Assembly (NCBI GenBank): GCA_964016885.1
Contig: OZ024740.1
Span: 15,376,001 to 15,440,000, forward strand
DNA: 64,000 nt
Direction: 5' to 3'
DNA from: Eledone cirrhosa
Taxonomy: Eukaryota
Shown here: one piece after another, positions 54,986-64,000 of the stretch
Numbering within the stretch: position 1 is the first letter of the stretch
Layout of the letters: every line of letters starts with the position of its first letter
Notes under the pieces: model-generated
What the model was told of the DNA's origin: nothing
Seen by the model: only the letters and a program-made list of their open reading frames with translations
Databases searched by the model: none
Position numbers and translations under genes: made by a program

Positions 54986-55439
54986 TATAAAGAAGCCTTA
55001 AAGTAAGGCTGAAGAAAGGAAAGCTGTGTATTTGTATTGATGTGATAGAGTGTCGACGGTGGATGTTGTAACTATGGTAACGTAAGGGTCATTGATAAAT
55101 ATATAAGACATGGTGGAAAGGGAGGGAGAAGGGGGGAGGAAGGATGGAGGGAAGGGGGAGAGGGAGGAGAGGAAGGAGAGGAAGGAGAGTGAATCAACGA
55201 AGGAAGGAAATAAGATAGGAAAGAGGTGGAAGAAAGAAAAATAATAGGATGTAAGAGAGTAGAGGAAGGAAGGAGGGAGAATGACTGAAGAAAGCAAAGA
55301 GGAAGGAAAGAGGGAAAGTGTATGATGGAAGGGGGAGAAGGCGGAGGAAGGGGAGGAGTGAAAGAAAGAAAGCAAATAAAGGGGAGGGGTGGGAATACTT
55401 CAATCGTTCTGACTGACTACATTATCGATTATATCTGAT

Positions 55440-56890
55440 GAGGAGGTGGTGTGTGGTGTGTGTAGTGTGTAGAGGTGGTGTGGTGTGTGTAGTGTGTGTA
55501 GTGTGTGTGTAGAGGTGGTGTGTAGTGTGTGGATGTGTGTGGTGTGTGTGGTGTGTGGTGTGTGGATGTGTGTGGTGTGTTGATGTGTGTGGTGTGTGGT
55601 GTGTGGATGTGTGTGGATGTGTGTAGTGTGTGTGTAGAGGTGGTGTGTAGTGTGTGGTGTGTGGATGTGTGTGTAGTGTGTAGAGGTGGTGTGTAGTGTG
55701 TGTGTAGAGGTGGTGTGTAGTGTGTGGTGTGTGGATGTGTGTGGTGTGTGGATGTGTGTGGTGTGTGGTGTGTGGTGTGTGGTGAGTGGATGTGTGTGGT
55801 GTGTGGTGTGTGGATGTGTGTGGTGTGTGGATGTGTATGGTGTGTGGTGTGTGGATGTGTGTGGTGTGTGGTGTGTGGTGTGTGGTTGTGTGTGGATGTG
55901 TGTGGTGTGTGGTGTGTGGTGTGTGGTTGTGTGTGGATGTGTGTGGTGTGTGGTGTGTGGTGTGTGGATGTGTGTGGTGTGTGGATGTGTGTGTGGATGT
56001 GTGTGTGGATGTGTGTGTATGTGGTGTGTGGTGTGTGGTGTGTGGATGTATGTGGTGTATAGATGTGTGTGGTGTGTGGTGTGTGGTTGTGTGTGGATGT
56101 GTGTGGTGTGTGGTGTGTGGTGTGTGGATGTGTGTGGATGTGTGTAGTGTGTGTAGTGTGTGGTGTGTGGTGTGTGGATGTGTGTGGTGTGTGGATGTGT
56201 GTGGATGTGTGGTGTGTGGATGTGTGTGGTGTGTGGATGTGTGTGGATGTGTGTGGATGTGTGTGGTGTGTGGATGTGTGTGTAGTGTGTGGTGTGTGGT
56301 GTGTGGATGTTTGGTGTGTGGTGTGTGGATGTGTGTGTAGTGTGTGGTGTGTGGATGTGTGTGGTGTGTGGTGTGTGTAGTGTGTGGTGTGTAGTGTGTG
56401 GTGTGTGGATGTGTAGTGTGTGGTGTGTGGATATGTGTGGTGTGTGGATGTGTGTGGTGTGTGGATGTGTGTGTAGTGTGTGGTGTGTGGTGTGTGGTGT
56501 GTGGATGTGTGTGGTATGTGGTGTGTGGTGTGTGGATGTGTGTGTAGTGTGTGGTGTGTGGTGTGTGGTGTGTGGATGTGGGTGTGTAGTGTGTGGTGTG
56601 TAGATATGTGTGGTGTGTGGATGTGTGTGGATGTGTGGATGTGTGTGTAGTGTGTGGTGTGTGGTGTGTGGATGTGTGTGGTGTGTGTTGTGTGTGGTGT
56701 GTGGATGTGTGTGGTGTGTGGTGTGTGGTGTGTGGATGTGTGTAGTGTGTGTGGTGTGGATGTGTGTGTGGTGTGTGGTGTGTGTGGATGTGTGTGTAGT
56801 GTGTAGGGTGTGTAGTGTGTGTGTGGATGTGTGTAGAGGTGTGTAGAGGTGTGTGGATGTGGTGTGTGTAGTGTGTGTGTGTGGAGGTTT
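55440..56890. repeat. (GT/GGT/GGAT) low-complexity tract
   Basis: Directly visible. Confidence 0.93.
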
Positions 56891-57050
56891 ATGTATGTGC
56901 TGGTGTACATGTATGTGTGTGTATGTGTATAGGTGTAACGGTGGTTGCAGTGTGTATGTGTGTGTGTCGGAGTGGAAACGTATATGTGTGTTTGTGAGTG
57001 TGAACGTATGGGAGTGTCTGTGTGTGGTACCTATGTATGTATGTATGTAT

Positions 57051-57570
57051 ATATCAGAGTTTTCCATCTCCTAGAATTCTGCCTTGACAAAGGCTAAGGG
57101 GTCATCTCTCCCGGTGATTTTGGATGGCCATTGACACTTAAGAGCTCCTTTGCCCTTTGACAGGTTTTGTTTTTAGTCCTGCAGGATGTCCAAAGTCACC
57201 CTCCTCACCAAGAAACCTTGGTGGGGTTGCCAGTTTAGTCGCCAATGACCCGACCATGGGACAGGTAGTACTGGGATACATGTTACCAGTAGCACCAACT
57301 GGTGACCTGATTTTGTGCAGTGCCTTTGCTCCCTATAAAAGCTTCACGGCACAGGCATTGCTTTATATCTGGAGATCTCTCTGCACTTGTCGTCACATGG
57401 TACCATGAGCCCAGCACTATGTGTCAATAATTGTCACAAGTGTAGTGTTTGTACCAGAGTTTTCAAGTCGCTGGCTGGACTAAAAAGTCTCACTCGTTCA
57501 GCGCATCGGTAGAGGTTCTCCTACATATAAAGTAGTGGCCGTACTCGAAAACGAGTTGGCAGCCACCATG
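57051..57570 (+). mobile_element. Colinear copy of the ~520-bp RTE-derived bipartite non-autonomous element
   Basis: 3' part encodes CTRVFKSLAGLKS (cf. RTE finger CARHFRSLAGLKS) and ends GGCCGTACTCGAAAACGAGTTGGCAGCCACCATGT like the RTE 3' end at 16830. Confidence 0.8.
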
Positions 57571-57573
57571 TAG

Positions 57574-57605
<32 letters not shown>

Positions 57606-57634
57606 TGTAGTATATATATATATATGTATATATG

Positions 57635-60600
57635 TATGTGAATATAGACATAGAATATTCGAAAATATTCTGTATGTTTATAATAAACATTTTGAAGACC
57701 TAATCGCTATAGAATAGAATACGTCACGTATTACAATTAGATTCTCGATAAAAGCAAGGGAAGTAATCTACGCGTTTCATTCTCGTTAGAAATCATCAGG
57801 ACTACATATCCAGTGCTTTTATCGAGAATGACACAGCTAGAGACTTATAGAATACTTAGCTGTGTACAGGAACTGGTTTGAAAGAGCGGTTGCCGGTCCG
57901 GCAGAAATTAGAAATTGGAATAAATGCTCTGAAATAGCGATATATATGTGAATATAGACATAGAATATTCGAAAATATTCTGTATGTTTATAATAAACAT
58001 TTTGAAGACCTAATCGCTATAGAATAGAATACGTCACGTATTACAATTAGATTCTCGATAAAAGCAAGGGAAGTAATCTACGCGTTTCATTCTCGTTAGA
58101 AATCATCAGGACTACATATCCAGTGCTTTTATCGAGAATGACACAGCTAGAGACTTATAGAATACTTAGCTGTGTACAGGAACTGGTTTGAAAGAGCGGT
58201 TGCCGGTCCGGCAGAAATTAGAAATTGGAATAAATGCTCTGAAATAGCGATATATATGTGAATATAGACATAGAATATTCGAAAATATTCTGTATGTTTA
58301 TAATAAACATTTTGAAGACCTAATCGCTATAGAATAGAATACGTCACGTATTACAATTAGATTCTCGATAAAAGCAAGGGAAGTAATCTACGCGTTTCAT
58401 TCTCGTTAGAAATCATCAGGACTACATATCCAGTGCTTTTATCGAGAATGACACAGCTAGAGACTTATAGAATACTTAGCTGTGTACAGGAACTGGTTTG
58501 AAAGAGCGGTTGCCGGTCCGGCAGAAATTAGAAATTGGAATAAATGCTCTGAAATAGCGATATATATGTGAATATAGACATAGAATATTCGAAAATATTC
58601 TGTATGTTTATAATAAACATTTTGAAGACCTAATCGCTATAGAATAGAATACGTCACGTATTACAATTAGATTCTCGATAAAAGCAAGGGAAGTAATCTA
58701 CGCGTTTCATTCTCGTTAGAAATCATCAGGACTACATATCCAGTGCTTTTATCGAGAATGACACAGCTAGAGACTTATAGAATACTTAGCTGTGTACAGG
58801 AACTGGTTTGAAAGAGCGGTTGCCGGTCCGGCAGAAATTAGAAATTGGAATAAATGCTCTGAAATAGCGATATATATGTGAATATAGACATAGAATATTC
58901 GAAAATATTCTGTATGTTTATAATAAACATTTTGAAGACCTAATCGCTATAGAATAGAATACGTCACGTATTACAATTAGATTCTCGATAAAAGCAAGGG
59001 AAGTAATCTACGCGTTTCATTCTCGTTAGAAATCATCAGGACTACATATCCAGTGCTTTTATCGAGAATGACACAGCTAGAGACTTATAGAATACTTAGC
59101 TGTGTACAGGAACTGGTTTGAAAGAGCGGTTGCCGGTCCGGCAGAAATTAGAAATTGGAATAAATGCTCTGAAATAGCGATATATATGTGAATATAGACA
59201 TAGAATATTCGAAAATATTCTGTATGTTTATAATAAACATTTTGAAGACCTAATCGCTATAGAATAGAATACGTCACGTATTACAATTAGATTCTCGATA
59301 AAAGCAAGGGAAGTAATCTACGCGTTTCATTCTCGTTAGAAATCATCAGGACTACATATCCAGTGCTTTTATCGAGAATGACACAGCTAGAGACTTATAG
59401 AATACTTAGCTGTGTACAGGAACTGGTTTGAAAGAGCGGTTGCCGGTCCGGCAGAAATTAGAAATTGGAATAAATGCTCTGAAATAGCGATATATATGTG
59501 AATATAGACAGTTCCTGTACACAGCTAAGTATTCTATAAGTCTCTAGCTGTGTCATTCTCGATAAAAGCACTGGATATGTAGTCCTGATGATTTCTAACG
59601 AGAATGAAACGCGTAGATTACTTCCCTTGCTTTTATCGAGAATCTAATTGTAATACGTGACGTATTCTATTCTATAGCGATTAGGTCTTCAAAATGTTTA
59701 TTATAAACATACAGAATATTTTCGAATATTCTATGTCTATATTCACATATATATCGCTATTTCAGAGCATTTATTCCAATTTCTAATTTCTGCCGGACCG
59801 GCAACCGCTCTTTCAAACCAGTTCCTGTACACAGCTAAGTATTCTATAAGTCTCTAGCTGTGTCATTCTCGATAAAAGCACTGGATATGTAGTCCTGATG
59901 ATTTCTAACGAGAATGAAACGCGTAGATTACTTCCCTTGCTTTTATCGAGAATCTAATTGTAATACGTGACGTATTCTATTCTATAGCGATTAGGTCTTC
60001 AAAATGTTTATTATAAACATACAGAATATTTTCGAATATTCTATGTCTATATTCACATATATATCGCTATTTCAGAGCATTTATTCCAATTTCTAATTTC
60101 TGCCGGACCGGCAACCGCTCTTTCAAACCAGTTCCTGTACACAGCTAAGTATTCTATAAGTCTCTAGCTGTGTCATTCTCGATAAAAGCACTGGATATGT
60201 AGTCCTGATGATTTCTAACGAGAATGAAACGCGTAGATTACTTCCCTTGCTTTTATCGAGAATCTAATTGTAATACGTGACGTATTCTATTCTATAGCGA
60301 TTAGGTCTTCAAAATGTTTATTATAAACATACAGAATATTTTCGAATATTCTATGTCTATATTCACATATATATCGCTATTTCAGAGCATTTATTCCAAT
60401 TTCTAATTTCTGCCGGACCGGCAACCGCTCTTTCAAACCAGTTCCTGTACACAGCTAAGTATTCTATAAGTCTCTAGCTGTGTCATTCTCGATAAAAGCA
60501 CTGGATATGTAGTCCTGATGATTTCTAACGAGAATGAAACGCGTAGATTACTTCCCTTGCTTTTATCGAGAATCTAATTGTAATACGTGACGTATTCTAT

Positions 60601-62568
60601 TCTATAGCGATTAGGTCTTCAAAATGTTTATTATAAACATACAGAATATTTTCGAATATTCTATGTCTATATTCACATATATATCGCTATTTCAGAGCAT
60701 TTATTCCAATTTCTAATTTCTGCCGGACCGGCAACCGCTCTTTCAAACCAGTTCCTGTACACAGCTAAGTATTCTATAAGTCTCTAGCTGTGTCATTCTC
60801 GATAAAAGCACTGGATATGTAGTCCTGATGATTTCTAACGAGAATGAAACGCGTAGATTACTTCCCTTGCTTTTATCGAGAATCTAATTGTAATACGTGA
60901 CGTATTCTATTCTATAGCGATTAGGTCTTCAAAATGTTTATTATAAACATACAGAATATTTTCGAATATTCTATGTCTATATTCACATATATATCGCTAT
61001 TTCAGAGCATTTATTCCAATTTCTAATTTCTGTCGGACCGGCAACCGCTCTTTCAAACCAGTTCCTGTACACAGCTAAGTATTCTATAAGTCTCTAGCTG
61101 TGTCATTCTCGATAAAAGCACTGGATATGTAGTCCTGATGATTTCTAACGAGAATGAAACGCGTAGATTACTTCCCTTGCTTTTATCGAGAATCTAATTG
61201 TAATACGTGACGTATTCTATTCTATAGCGATTAGGTCTTCAAAATGTTTATTATAAACATACAGAATATTTTCGAATATTCTATGTCTATATTCACATAT
61301 ATATCGCTATTTCAGAGCATTTATTCCAATTTCTAATTTCTGCCGGACCGGCAACCGCTCTTTCAAACCAGTTCCTGTACACAGCTAAGTATTCTATAAG
61401 TCTCTAGCTGTGTCATTCTCGATAAAAGCACTGGATATGTAGTCCTGATGATTTCTAACGAGAATGAAACGCGTAGATTACTTCCCTTGCTTTTATCGAG
61501 AATCTAATTGTAATACGTGACGTATTCTATTCTATAGCGATTAGGTCTTCAAAATGTTTATTATAAACATACAGAATATTTTCGAATATTCTATGTCTAT
61601 ATTCACATATATATCGCTATTTCAGAGCATTTATTCCAATTTCTAATTTCTGCCGGACCGGCAACCGCTCTTTCAAACCAGTTCCTGTACACAGCTAAGT
61701 ATTCTATAAGTCTCTAGCTGTGTCATTCTCGATAAAAGCACTGGATATGTAGTCCTGATGATTTCTAACGAGAATGAAACGCGTAGATTACTTCCCTTGC
61801 TTTTATCGAGAATCTAATTGTAATACGTGACGTATTCTATTCTATAGCGATTAGGTCTTCAAAATGTTTATTATAAACATACAGAATATTTTCGAATATT
61901 CTATGTCTATATTCACATATATATCGCTATTTCAGAGCATTTATTCCAATTTCTAATTTCTGCCGGACCGGCAACCGCTCTTTCAAACCAGTTCCTGTAC
62001 ACAGCTAAGTATTCTATAAGTCTCTAGCTGTGTCATTCTCGATAAAAGCACTGGATATGTAGTCCTGATGATTTCTAACGAGAATGAAACGCGTAGATTA
62101 CTTCCCTTGCTTTTATCGAGAATCTAATTGTAATACGTGACGTATTCTATTCTATAGCGATTAGGTCTTCAAAATGTTTATTATAAACATACAGAATATT
62201 TTCGAATATTCTATGTCTATATTCACATATATATCGCTATTTCAGAGCATTTATTCCAATTTCTAATTTCTGCCGGACCGGCAACCGCTCTTTCAAACCA
62301 GTTCCTGTACACAGCTAAGTATTCTATAAGTCTCTAGCTGTGTCATTCTCGATAAAAGCACTGGATATGTAGTCCTGATGATTTCTAACGAGAATGAAAC
62401 GCGTAGATTACTTCCCTTGCTTTTATCGAGAATCTAATTGTAATACGTGACGTATTCTATTCTATAGCGATTAGGTCTTCAAAATGTTTATTATAAACAT
62501 ACAGAATATTTTCGAATATTCTATGTCTATATTCACATATATATCGCTATTTCAGAGCATTTATTCCA
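57635..62568. mobile_element. Retrozyme-like array 2: 310-bp hammerhead unit, ~6 copies (-) then ~9.9 copies (+); 16 HHRs
   Basis: HHRs start at 57763+310n, n=0-5 (-) and 59579+310n, n=0-9 (+); GTAGTC-CTGATGA-TTTCT(AACG)AGAAT-GAAAC-GC-GTA-GATTAC. Confidence 0.93.
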
Positions 62569-63173
62569 GTATATATGTATGTATGTATGTAGTATATATA
62601 TATATATGTATATATGTATGTATGTATGTAGTATATATATATATATGTATATATGTATGTATGTATACATCCATGGTCCTCTGCTGTAAAGAAGTGGCAG
62701 TCATCATATATATATATATATGCATGTATGTATGAATGATATGAATGTATGTGTATTTTTGTATGTATATATGGATGTATATATGTATGTATATATGTAT
62801 GTATATATGTATGTATATAACTGGTGGCATGTAGGGTATAGTGTATGGTGATTTTATGCAATGAGTGGTTTGCGTGTTTGCTTGTGTATAAGTGTATGTG
62901 TATTCCTGTATATATGTATGTGTGTGTGTCGTGAATATACACCACTGAGAAAACAGATATGCCGGTGTTGTCGAAGTAAAATCCCTGGTAATATTAATTC
63001 CATCTGTATTATTCAGACGTTCCCCTACCCCAGCGACCATCAGACTCTGTAGTATACCAGCAGTAGATCACCGTTGGAAACCTGTAACCAACGACGTTAT
63101 TGTTCACAATATGCCATGCATAAGATTATAACAAATAAATTCAGTAATCAACGACGCTATTGTTCACAATATG

Positions 63174-63217
<44 letters not shown>

Positions 63218-63224
63218 ATATATA

Positions 63225-63305
63225 TATATTGTTATACTTGGGGAGGGTCATATTTGCGTAATATTGCCAGAATTAATAAAAAACACACTCACTGTTTGGT
63301 TGGTT
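63225..63305 (-). mobile_element. Short PLE 3'-terminal fragment related to 12305-12365
   Basis: ATTGTTAT.CTT.GGGAGGGTCAT..AATAA.AAACACACTCAC shared. Confidence 0.55.
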
Positions 63306-63504
63306 TTCGCTTCTCGCTGTCTTTTATATCTGCGATCTAACTTACTCGGTCCTCAATGTATATATATATCCATCACAACCACCCCCATATACACTACAGG
63401 CCTGTACATCGCCTTGATCTTTCTCACCAATCAAAACAACTCATTTTGTCAAACTCTTGAAACTCTGACTTTACCACATAGCATGTATTTCATTTTCTTA
63501 TAGC

Positions 63505-63600
63505 ATTTGAAGAGGCTCCGTCGAGCTGCCGATTATTGAGTCGGGTAGGATCGATATAGATCGAACCTTGAGCTGATCAGTGGCGAAACGCGCGTCACCT
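63505..63600 (+). ncRNA. Possible degenerate hammerhead with long stem II insert
   Basis: TTGAAGAG...GGC-GAAAC-GCGC-GTC; palindromic stem III present but stem I does not pair convincingly. Confidence 0.3.
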
Positions 63601-63649
63601 ATCAATAAATGCAATGAAGGAATGATCAATCGTCCTTTTTATCCTTTCA

Positions 63650-63736
<87 letters not shown>

Positions 63737-63790
63737 CATATATATATATTCATATATATTCATATATATTCATATATATATATAAATGCA

Positions 63791-63889
<99 letters not shown>

Positions 63890-64000
63890 GTATATATACA
63901 CACACATGTATATATATATTTATATATATATACACACACACATATATATATATATATACACATATATATATATATATACACACAATATATATATAAATAT
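63650..64000. repeat. (TA)n microsatellite
   Basis: Directly visible. Confidence 0.95.

Noticed and set aside
55400-57067. 555-aa His/Thr/Pro-rich ORF
   Set aside because: Low-complexity GT repeat translation
47429-62568. 310-bp arrays as 5S rDNA/snRNA clusters or pure assembly artefacts
   Set aside because: No 5S or snRNA similarity recognised; array-specific variants and end points shared with a diverged third locus argue against artefact, although copy number needs read support

Overview
AT-rich, repeat-saturated animal genomic DNA with no recognisable host gene. The tRNA-derived SINEs and abundant (TA)n/(CA)n/(TACA)n tracts suggest a coleoid cephalopod such as octopus (inference). It contains a 10-kb 52-bp satellite, several minisatellites, decayed retrotransposons (Penelope-like RT/GIY-YIG remnants, a near full-length RTE LINE, an R4/Dong-like RLE LINE) and SINEs. 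The most striking signal is non-coding: about 40 type I hammerhead ribozyme (HHR) motifs from roughly 11 sequence families, read by eye. 27 of them lie in two near-perfectly homogeneous arrays of a structured 310-bp unit (47.4-50.9 kb and 57.6-62.6 kb). Each array sits in TA-rich microsatellite, flips orientation once internally, and has outward-facing 3' ends staggered by about 30-38 nt. A diverged ~320-bp relative at 42.75-43.27 kb has the same architecture but a different HHR with a U3:A8 core. The best interpretation is a family of non-autonomous, Penelope-mobilised retrozyme-like elements copied from circular or multimeric RNA. All structures were derived by hand; no folding or database search was run.
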